From: Verrucomicrobiia bacterium
GTDB lineage: Bacteria > Verrucomicrobiota > Verrucomicrobiia > Limisphaerales > UBA11358
Direction of reading: 5' to 3'
Length of the DNA: 64,000 nt
Assembly (NCBI GenBank): GCA_049692125.1
Contig: JBAVOO010000088.1
Location: 2,333-66,332 of the forward strand
Shown here: in pieces, positions 56,572 to 64,000 of the stretch
Layout: the number at the start of each line of letters is the position of its first letter
Numbering within the stretch: the stretch's first letter is position 1
Made by a program: the position numbers and the translations under genes
The notes under the pieces: model-generated
Database searches by the model: none
Told to the model about the DNA's origin: nothing
What the model saw: only the letters and a program-made list of their open reading frames with translations

Positions 56572-57558
56572 ATGACGACGGTGGAGTCGCTGCGGTCCCG
56601 TCCGCCTTTGGAGCGGATGTTGCGAATCCATCAGGCGCTTCAGTCCGGCAAATTCCCCAACGCCTCCACGCTGGCGCGCGAGATCGAAGTCGCCACCAAG
56701 ACAATTCATCGTGACATCGAGTTCATGCGCGACCGGCTTGGACTGCCGGTGGAATACGACAGCGCGCGCATCGGCTATTATTACACCGAAGAAGTCAGCG
56801 CGTTTCCGAACATCCAGATCACCGAGGGCGAACTTTTTGCGCTCATCGTCGCTGAAAAGGCGCTCCAGCAATATCGCGGCACGAGCTTCGAGAAACCGAT
56901 TCTCAGCGCCATCCGGAAAATGGAGCAGTCGCTGCCCGACACCATTTCGCTCAATCTCGCCGACATCGGGCAGACCATTTCCTTCCGCACCCGGGCCGAG
57001 CCGATTTTGAATCTCGAAATTTTCGACACGCTGGCCCGGGCGGCCGCGCACCGGCAGCAAATCGAACTGACTTATCGCAAGCCGGGGCGGAAGGAAACCG
57101 AGCCGCGCCTCGTTGACCCGTATCATTTGGCGAACATCAACGGCGAATGGTATTTGTTCGCCTACGACCATGCGCGCAAGGACATCCGCACCTTCGTGCC
57201 CGCGCGCGTGCAATCCGTGAAGCTGACCGGCAAAACCTTCGAGCGCCCGCAAAAGTTCTCGCTCGAAAAACGTTTGCGCGACAGCTTCGGCGTCCACTCC
57301 GGCGAAGGCGAATATGAAGTCGTCATCCGTTTCAACGCGCGCGCCGCCGATTACGTCCGCGAAAAGAAATGGCACGAATCGCAACAACTGCGCGAATTGA
57401 AGGGCGGGGGAGTGGAACTGAGAATGAAACTGTCCAGCCTGATGGAAATCGAGCGCTGGGTTCTGAGCTGGGGCGGGGATGCAAAAGTTTTGAAGCCGCG
57501 CGAGTTGGTTGAAGCCGTCAGGAAATCAGCGGAAGCAATTTTGAACCAGCGCGCGTGA
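56572..57558 (+). CDS. HTH + WYL-domain transcriptional regulator
   Basis: LERMLRIHQALQSGKFPNASTLAREIEVATKTIHRDIEFM (HTH). VDPYHLANINGEWYLFAYD (WYL). Alternative starts at 56512 and 56536. Confidence 0.8.
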   Translation: MTTVESLRSRPPLERMLRIHQALQSGKFPNASTLAREIEVATKTIHRDIEFMRDRLGLPVEYDSARIGYYYTEEVSAFPNIQITEGELFALIVAEKALQQYRGTSFEKPILSAIRKMEQSLPDTISLNLADIGQTISFRTRAEPILNLEIFDTLARAAAHRQQIELTYRKPGRKETEPRLVDPYHLANINGEWYLFAYDHARKDIRTFVPARVQSVKLTGKTFERPQKFSLEKRLRDSFGVHSGEGEYEVVIRFNARAADYVREKKWHESQQLRELKGGGVELRMKLSSLMEIERWVLSWGGDAKVLKPRELVEAVRKSAEAILNQRA

Positions 57559-57647
57559 TTTCGCGCTTGCCGCTTGACTCTCAACCCTCAGCCTTCAACC
57601 GGTGTAATCCGTGGTGTAAAAATCCGGGTCGTTCTGAAGGGGAGTGT

Positions 57648-58535
57648 TCATGAAAAACTGCGGAGGAATACGATTGCCTCCGCACGCTTGGGAAAGGTCG
57701 CGTCAATCTTCGCACCGGTGTTGAATCGAACCTGAACTTCAAACGCCTCCCGTTGTTCGCCGTCTTCGCGCAACCGATACGACTTCTCTTCCTCAATCAA
57801 ATAGGCAATCGCGCTATCAACATCAGAACACTCGACAGAATGACCGCGAAGCACGGTCAACCGAACCGAAGCGACCTGACGCGTGAGCGCGGGTTCAAGA
57901 CGCTGCTTGAAATCCGCAATTTCCCGCGCGTGAAGCGCATGAATTTTCGCCAACAGGCAGTTAATTGCTTTTGGCTGTGGCAGGGATTCCCATTTCGCAA
58001 TTTTTTCCCGAAATTGCTCCTCGGTTGTGCCGCCTACGCCGTCTTCCGATGAAGCATCAATGCCGAGTTCCTCGAACGCGGCCAGAATTGAGTCGTAGGG
58101 AATGTGCAAGACACCGAAGCCTTTCGACTCCAACTGATGCAGTGCGTTCCGAGTAAACTCTCCTGCGAGCACAGCGCCGCAGAACGGTTGATGACGTGAG
58201 AACGTCAGAGCAATCGGCATTACCGCCGCTTCGATTTCCTGCACCTTGTTCTTCGAGTGCTTGGTATATCGTCTCCACGCTGACTCGATGAAAGCGATGG
58301 GAACGCCAAGCGTCTCCTCCGTTCCTCCGCGTTCCAAAACATAGTCGAGGTCGTGCTTGTTGCCGTAGCCATCCTGCCACGTCACTTTGCCCTGACCGCC
58401 GCGCGCGGCGCGCGGTCGTTTGAAATCAAGATAGAGTCTATGCCGCTGCGCGACTTCGCCGAGAATGTTGCGAACGAACATTTCAAAACCATCACCGATG
58501 ATTTGTCCCCAACGATGTGCGAGTGATTCAGCCAT
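57648..58535 (-). CDS. Putative type II restriction endonuclease (PD-(D/E)xK-like)
   Basis: HDLDYVLE...IAFIESAWRRYTKHSKNK resembles a nuclease core. Located immediately downstream of a DNA methyltransferase. Family not recognised. Confidence 0.5.
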   Translation of the reverse strand: MAESLAHRWGQIIGDGFEMFVRNILGEVAQRHRLYLDFKRPRAARGGQGKVTWQDGYGNKHDLDYVLERGGTEETLGVPIAFIESAWRRYTKHSKNKVQEIEAAVMPIALTFSRHQPFCGAVLAGEFTRNALHQLESKGFGVLHIPYDSILAAFEELGIDASSEDGVGGTTEEQFREKIAKWESLPQPKAINCLLAKIHALHAREIADFKQRLEPALTRQVASVRLTVLRGHSVECSDVDSAIAYLIEEEKSYRLREDGEQREAFEVQVRFNTGAKIDATFPKRAEAIVFLRSFS

Positions 58536-58549
58536 GACAATCTCTTCCG

Positions 58550-59920
58550 TTAGCCGCGAACCCAAAGGTGGCCTTCACACAGTGGCACGCGATGTTTGCG
58601 GTTCTTCCATTTGATGTTACGGTCGCGGAGTTTTTCAAACGTCCACGAATCGAATCCAGCGGCTTGCGCGAGTTTTCCGAACCATTCGATGACCGGCACA
58701 TAGACGCCATAGGGCGCGGAATCGCCGATGACGAAGCAAACTTCGGATGGTGAGGCACAAACACGGCGGAGCGCCTTCCATGTCTGCGCTAGGTCAAAGA
58801 AGTAGCAGGCCACCATATTGTTGTAAGTCTTCTTGCCGCCGCGTTCTAACCGCAACGACGAAAGTTCGCGGCAGACCGGTACAATTTCGTCGCGGATGGG
58901 CGCAAGCTCAGGCGCTTTCAAAATTTCGTCGAGGTTCACTGCGTTGGGGGGGACGTGTTGCGAACAGGCGCGGACCAAGTGTTGCCTGACCACTTCCTGA
59001 AGATCGCCCCAGCCGCGAATCTCGCCCATGAACGTCATCTCCAGTCGTGTGGCGTCCGCGTAATCGTAATTGTTTGCATAGGGTGGCGACGTGACGACGA
59101 GGGTGGCCCAACCATCCGGCACGGTCACGCACTTGCGCGCGTCATCCACGCGCAACTTTGCCAGCGGCTTGGCTCGGCGCGCCAAGAAACGGATATCGGC
59201 AGCGATCATCTGCACCGCCTTGTGCAATGCGACCTGGGGCGACGGTGGCACGGTCTTGCGTCGCCCCGGCAACACGTATTGCCACGGTGCTGTACCCGCC
59301 TTGGACACTACGCGCAGCGATGAGACAAGCGCCATCCACAGCAATTCCGCCTCGCGTGTACCGTCTTGCTCCGCTTCCACCGCACGACGGAAGCGGTCAA
59401 GAAAATCGAGCGTTTCAGGGCTGAAACATTTTTGGATGAGTTCCGGGTAACCGTTTGCAACCTGTGCCGTTCTGGTGAAACGAAACGCGCTATCAGCCTT
59501 GGCCAGAAACCGTTCCGGGTCGGCGGCGTAACTCAGCTTGGCGCGTGCGACCCGGTGCACAAACGGATGCGCCTCCAAGCCGTATGAGGGAACGCCCATC
59601 TCGTCACAGGCCAGACAAGTCGTGCCCGATCCGACAAATGGATCAAGCACCCGCAATTCGCTCACATTTCTTTCGGCGAGCAGCCATTTCACCCATTCGG
59701 CGGAAAACCCCGCGCTGTAACGAAACCACCGGTGAACCGGCAGTCGCATGTTGTCGAGAAAGTTGGATGTGTGGCCGACAACCTCAAGTCGAGGGCGAAC
59801 TTCGCTCGCCTCGGTGTCTGTGTTGAACACGTCGAGCACCGCTTGCTGGTAGTCCTCGCGCAAACGCAGCAGAACGCTGTCGTCTTCTTTCGGTTCTGGA
59901 TATTTGGTCATCGAGGCCAT
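58550..59920 (-). CDS. DNA methyltransferase (amino-MTase, SPPY motif IV)
   Basis: Motif I LDPFVGSGTTCLA and motif IV VVTSPPYANNYDY. Confidence 0.82.
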   Translation of the reverse strand: MASMTKYPEPKEDDSVLLRLREDYQQAVLDVFNTDTEASEVRPRLEVVGHTSNFLDNMRLPVHRWFRYSAGFSAEWVKWLLAERNVSELRVLDPFVGSGTTCLACDEMGVPSYGLEAHPFVHRVARAKLSYAADPERFLAKADSAFRFTRTAQVANGYPELIQKCFSPETLDFLDRFRRAVEAEQDGTREAELLWMALVSSLRVVSKAGTAPWQYVLPGRRKTVPPSPQVALHKAVQMIAADIRFLARRAKPLAKLRVDDARKCVTVPDGWATLVVTSPPYANNYDYADATRLEMTFMGEIRGWGDLQEVVRQHLVRACSQHVPPNAVNLDEILKAPELAPIRDEIVPVCRELSSLRLERGGKKTYNNMVACYFFDLAQTWKALRRVCASPSEVCFVIGDSAPYGVYVPVIEWFGKLAQAAGFDSWTFEKLRDRNIKWKNRKHRVPLCEGHLWVRG

Positions 59921-59960
59921 GTGCTGATTCTATGCTTCCACGGAGAATTCCGCACCTTTT

Positions 59961-60179
59961 TCAGTGAACTTTTTTAACTTGGTTCACATCCCAACCGAAG
60001 GCGAGCCAGAATTTGTCTATGGGATCGCGGCGCGCCTCCTGTTCCTGATAGGCCGGGGAAAGGTAGAATTTCTCGTTGGCCCAAAAATCCGCTTCAAGCT
60101 GCTTAACCTTTGCAAAAGCTGCATCAAACTCGGCTGGCATGGTGGAAGCGAGTGTGTGCCGGAGTGGCAGCGGCGTCAA
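59961..60179 (-). pseudogene. 5' remnant of a type IIG/Eco57I- or PglX-like adenine methyltransferase gene
   Basis: EKFYLSPAYQEQEARRDPIDKFWLAFGWDV matches the Y.E...R..FIDPF..ALGWDV N-terminal signature of that family. The ORF stops after 72 codons. Confidence 0.5.
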
Positions 60180-60236
60180 TTCGCGTTCGCTGATGGTTGA
60201 AGGTTCTGAAAAGAGAAAGTCTTGTGACCTCGGTTG

Positions 60237-61118
60237 CTACGGCTGTTGGTTCATCCACTCCAAAACCTGCGTTGCTGCTTCCCTTGGAGCGGTGCTGAGG
60301 ACGTTGTGGTCGGCGCTCCGGATGATTCTGTAATCGCGCAGGGCCGGACAATTTTTCTTGAGCCAGCGCCGGATGAACGGCCAGGGCACGAGGGGATCGA
60401 GAATTCCACTCAAGCCAAACACCGGCAGCCGGGTCTGGCTGGCAACCGCGCGCGGATCGTTTTGAGCCATCAAATGCAGGCGATGCTGCGCGGCGCGGCG
60501 GTCCAGTTCCGTCCGGCGGACAACGAATTCGTCAATGGTCGCCAGCGTTTCCGGTGAATGGCGATACCGGAAACGCGCGATTTTGGCGTAGCCGAATACG
60601 ATTCGCACGAACAACGCCGTGGAAATCCGGCCGGTGAGTTTTTCCGCCAGCCGCACCGCCCAGCGCATGGGATGTTTCACGAAACCGCCCGCCAGAATCA
60701 CGCCTTCGATTTGGAAATTTGTTTTCGCTGCCTGGTGGGGCGAGGCTCCTGACGAGCCGCTTTCGTGATTGTGATTCGATGTGTCGCCTGCGGCTCGCGA
60801 GGATCGGTCTTCGTTTGACTTCGACCCGACAGGCGCTCGCCCCACCAGCGCCCACAAAACCTGCGAGCCATACGATTCGCCGAGCAGCCAGCCGCGGGTG
60901 ATGCCATTGTGCGCCAGCGCGGCTTCGATGGTCGCCGCGTAATCGTCCAGCGACCACGTGAGCGTGCGCGGGTAGGTGATTTCGACGAAGCGCGCCCGGC
61001 CACCGATGACCTTGCGAAAGCTGCCAATGAGCGTCCAATCGCCGTGCAAGCCGGGCAGATAAATCAGCGTGGGCAGCGAAGCTTCGCCGTGGATGCGCAG
61101 TTGAAGTTCTTCTTCCAT
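60237..61118 (-). CDS. Alpha/beta hydrolase
   Basis: GESYGS nucleophile elbow. Contains an inverted-repeat-flanked in-frame insert. Confidence 0.75.
   Translation of the reverse strand: MEEELQLRIHGEASLPTLIYLPGLHGDWTLIGSFRKVIGGRARFVEITYPRTLTWSLDDYAATIEAALAHNGITRGWLLGESYGSQVLWALVGRAPVGSKSNEDRSSRAAGDTSNHNHESGSSGASPHQAAKTNFQIEGVILAGGFVKHPMRWAVRLAEKLTGRISTALFVRIVFGYAKIARFRYRHSPETLATIDEFVVRRTELDRRAAQHRLHLMAQNDPRAVASQTRLPVFGLSGILDPLVPWPFIRRWLKKNCPALRDYRIIRSADHNVLSTAPREAATQVLEWMNQQP
60732..60848. repeat. Inverted-repeat-flanked 117-nt insert inside the hydrolase CDS
   Basis: ctggtggggcgag (60732-60744) and ctcgccccaccag (60836-60848). 39 codons encoding low-complexity VGSKSNEDRSSRAAGDTSNHNHESGSSGAS. 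Confidence 0.6.
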
Positions 61119-61205
61119 GCTGATTTGGCAGGGCGGTGCTGCCGCGCCGCCTGAATTGATTTGGGCTGCGGTCTTTGCAGACGGCCACCAACCGCAGCCC
61201 TGCCT

Positions 61206-62012
61206 TTACAATTTGCGGAAAAATTCCGCCGCCGTTTTGCGCGTCGCCGCGCTCAATTCTTCGAACGAACAGCCCTTCACCTGGGCGACGGTTTCGGAAA
61301 TTTCCTTCACATAAGCCGGTTCGCAGCGTTTGCCGCGATACGGCGCGGGCGCGAGATACGGACAATCGGTTTCCAGCATGAATTTGTCCAGCGGCGTGGC
61401 GGCGACGGTGTCGCGGACGTTTTGTCCGTTCTTGAACGTGACGATGCCGGTGAAGCTGACCAGCGAGCCGATTTCCAGAACGCGGCGCATCCGGTCGGCG
61501 CTCTCGCCGAAGCAATGAAACACACCGCGCACCTTGCTGGCAAACGGCTTGAGTTGGACGAAAGTGTCGTCAAAGGAGTTGCGCTGGTGAATCACGCAGT
61601 TCAGTCCGGCTTCGATGGCGACTTCGAGGTGCTGTTGGAAAATCTGCGCCTGCCTTTGCTTGTAGCGTGCGTCGTCGTCGGCAGTGCCGCCGGTCTTTCC
61701 GCCCGGCAAATGGTGATAGTCCAGACCCGTTTCACCGATGGCAACGACTTTCGGATGCTTCACCAGTTTGCGCAGCGGTTCGCGAATATCGTCCGGTGCT
61801 GCATGGGCGTTTGACGGATGCCAGCCGACGGCGGCAAAAACGCACGCGAAACGTTCGGCCAGCTTGATTGCGCGCGCGCTGCTTTCGAGATCGGTGCCGA
61901 TGGAAATGATTTTGGTGATACCGGCGGCCTGGGCGCGGGCAATGACTTCCGTCAAATCCTTTGCATAGTCCGGGTAATCAAGATGCGCGTGGGTGTCGTA
62001 AAAAATGGCCAT
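61206..62012 (-). CDS. tatD: TatD-family metal-dependent hydrolase
   Basis: FYDTHAHLDY, CVIHQR and LETDCPYLAP. Confidence 0.9.
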   Translation of the reverse strand: MAIFYDTHAHLDYPDYAKDLTEVIARAQAAGITKIISIGTDLESSARAIKLAERFACVFAAVGWHPSNAHAAPDDIREPLRKLVKHPKVVAIGETGLDYHHLPGGKTGGTADDDARYKQRQAQIFQQHLEVAIEAGLNCVIHQRNSFDDTFVQLKPFASKVRGVFHCFGESADRMRRVLEIGSLVSFTGIVTFKNGQNVRDTVAATPLDKFMLETDCPYLAPAPYRGKRCEPAYVKEISETVAQVKGCSFEELSAATRKTAAEFFRKL

Positions 62013-62127
62013 GGGAATAATTAACCACGAAATACACGAAATACACGAAAAATTGGCAGTGGATCAAATTGATGAAAGATGGCGGGGTGGATGGATGGAG
62101 AGAAATCACTAACTTCCCATCAAAAAA

Positions 62128-62266
62128 CCCTAAGCTCTAAACCATAATGACTAAAGAATTTCCAAATGACCCAATGATCCCGCCATGCGGGACGTCAGCC
62201 AGGCTGCTTATTCGAGCTTCGGGCTTCTTTCGTCATTATGGTTTAGGGATTAGTCATTCCGCGGGC
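62128..62266. repeat. R6-family element
   Basis: ctctaaaccataatgactaaagaat...caaatgacccaatgat...gggcttctttcgtcattatggtttagggattagtcattcc. Confidence 0.7.
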
Positions 62267-62295
62267 GGCACGTTTTGTGAACTCCGTGGTTTCAT

Positions 62296-63936
62296 TCAAT
62301 TGGCCGGTTTGGGGCTGGCCGGGGCGTTGGTGCCGGCGGGTTTCTGTTCGAGCGCGGCCAGTTTTGCCTCGATGGATGGCTGCCCGGGATAATCGGGTGA
62401 TTCCTTGAGAAGCTGTTTGTAATTTTCAAGGGCGTCGGCTTCGCGATTCTGCGCCAGAAGTTTTTCGCCCAGCGTGAGCCGGATGCGAATGCGCTGTTCC
62501 GGCGACGGGTTGCGGGTCAGGGCAAGTTGATAGGTTTCGATGGCCGGGGACGGGTTGCCCTGCGTTTCGAAAAGGCCGGCGAGTTTTTCGGTGAGCACGG
62601 CGCTATTGGTGGTTGCGGGAATGGTTTCGAGGAAAGCGGCGAGTTGAGCAACGGGCGCACCGTGAACCAGACCCAAATCCACGATGCGCAGATAAGACCA
62701 TTCGATAAGCGGGTTGTGGGTGCGCGCGAGTTCCGCGTGCAACTCCGCCGGTCCCCGGGCAAAAGGCCGGTAAAGCGGATCGCCCACGACGGTGGTTTGC
62801 CATGATAAAACGGGTTGCGCGGCCCAGGCGGCCTCGCCAAATGTGAACCCGCTGGCAATCAGCCGCGCGAGAAAGACGGCGACATTCGGTGTGGCCGAGA
62901 GATACGGTTCATACACGCAGCCCATGGTGCAGGTGGCGCCTTTGGCGAGCAGCGGCCCGGCCCAAAACTGGTTCGTGGTCCGCAACGTGGCCGCGCTGTA
63001 GGAATGCAAATGATACGCGAACGCGCCGGGCATGAATTCAACCTTGGGCAACGCAAACGGGCCGGAAACAGTTCCGTCATACCAGCCGCAATAAATGGCG
63101 ATCTGACTCATTGGAAAATCGGCGGGGAACGTGGCGGGATTTTTGTCCACAATGGTTTCAAAACCCAGTTCGCGGCAGATTTCCCCCGCGCCCAGTATCC
63201 ATTCGTCGCCCAAAATATAATTGGTGTCGCTTTGGGTCAGTCCCCGCGCGTCAAAATAAGCGCGGCCCCACAGGCCGTCGCGTTCGGCGGCGAGTGCCTT
63301 GTCCACCAGGCCAAGCGCAATCTCCACGCTGGGGCCGTCGAGCCGGGCGACCAGCAAAATGCCGTTGGTGGGATGGAGCATCGCCGGGTTCGTGGCCCCA
63401 TAGACCCAGTTGGGCAGCGGTCCGGAAAGCGGGATGTCCATTTTCAACAGCGGCAGCCAGGCCAGCTCGGAATCCACCGCTGCTTCGTTGCGCAACAGTT
63501 CCGGACGGACGTTTTCCCGGCCCGGTTCGTGCAAATCCGGATCGGGCGCAATTTTCAGCGGAACACCGTAGCAGAGAACCGCGTAACGAATCTTGGATTC
63601 AATGACGCGAGGTTCGACCCGCGCCGGGTGGCCGTTGGTGGCGGCGTTGGTGACGGAGCCGAATTGCCAGAGATTGTCCACGACCAGCCGGCTGGCCAGC
63701 GGGAATTGCAGCGCATCGCGAAACTCGGCGCGGGTCATCTCCTCGGTTATGGGCAAGTCGAGTCCGTAAATTTGCGCCTCCGGCACCCGCCGCATTTGGG
63801 CGTAATGCTCCGCGACCAGTTTCGATCCGGGCATGAGATTGTTGTAAATCACGACCACCTCGTCGCCGCCGGCGTGGACCAGCCAAGGCGCGAGCACGAA
63901 GACAAAAACCGTGAATCTGCCCCCAAAAAATCTCAT
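62296..63936 (-). CDS. Secreted hypothetical protein with C-terminal TPR-like repeats (TIGR03790-like by recollection)
   Basis: Signal MRFFGGRFTVFVFVLAPWLVHA. VVVIYNNLMPGSKLVAEHYAQMRRVPE. TPR-like C-terminus. The ORF runs to 63975. Confidence 0.55.
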   Translation of the reverse strand: MRFFGGRFTVFVFVLAPWLVHAGGDEVVVIYNNLMPGSKLVAEHYAQMRRVPEAQIYGLDLPITEEMTRAEFRDALQFPLASRLVVDNLWQFGSVTNAATNGHPARVEPRVIESKIRYAVLCYGVPLKIAPDPDLHEPGRENVRPELLRNEAAVDSELAWLPLLKMDIPLSGPLPNWVYGATNPAMLHPTNGILLVARLDGPSVEIALGLVDKALAAERDGLWGRAYFDARGLTQSDTNYILGDEWILGAGEICRELGFETIVDKNPATFPADFPMSQIAIYCGWYDGTVSGPFALPKVEFMPGAFAYHLHSYSAATLRTTNQFWAGPLLAKGATCTMGCVYEPYLSATPNVAVFLARLIASGFTFGEAAWAAQPVLSWQTTVVGDPLYRPFARGPAELHAELARTHNPLIEWSYLRIVDLGLVHGAPVAQLAAFLETIPATTNSAVLTEKLAGLFETQGNPSPAIETYQLALTRNPSPEQRIRIRLTLGEKLLAQNREADALENYKQLLKESPDYPGQPSIEAKLAALEQKPAGTNAPASPKPAN

Positions 63937-64000
63937 AGGCTGGTCATTTGACCTCGCGCCCGGTGGCCGGTTCAATTTGATTTGCCGAAGAGTGCTTCGT

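Overview
High-GC bacterial chromosome segment. The repeat families and protein repertoire remind me of Verrucomicrobiota/PVC genomes, but that is recollection, not a search. Housekeeping genes (aroB, trpG/pabA, panD, sodA, hisH, rlmN, cysK, rho, lpd plus an E2, fucI, tatD; tRNA-Pro, initiator tRNA-Met) are interspersed with at least eight families of short palindromic repeats and a few AT-richer islets. The main result is a selenium locus. tRNA-Sec (12049-12145) and selD-selB-selA (13785-19141) lie next to a plus-strand operon (4788-11574) in which two paralogous secreted proteins both end at TGA inside a conserved FEFG-[TGA]-GxxCSxSWRxP motif. Synonymous substitutions continue past the TGA, and a hairpin in the same register follows it in both genes, so I read these as a candidate undescribed UGxxC selenoprotein family. 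A DsbD/TlpA-like reductant pair and a giant repeat protein with a degenerate thioredoxin fold flank them. Other points: SelD is a three-module fusion. An activase/2-hydroxyacyl-CoA-dehydratase-like/double-cubane-like/methyltransferase operon sits co-oriented directly upstream of selA. An ~870 nt ORF-poor region rich in GNRA-capped hairpins, with its own promoter-like and terminator signals (52300-53171), may be a large structured RNA. A four-helix-bundle gene flanked by inverted octamer arrays splits the E2-E3 operon. Three palindromic elements are inserted in frame inside enzymes. A WYL regulator sits beside a type II R-M pair and a truncated methyltransferase remnant. Everything was done by eye: no folding, HMM or database search was run, and start codons are approximate.
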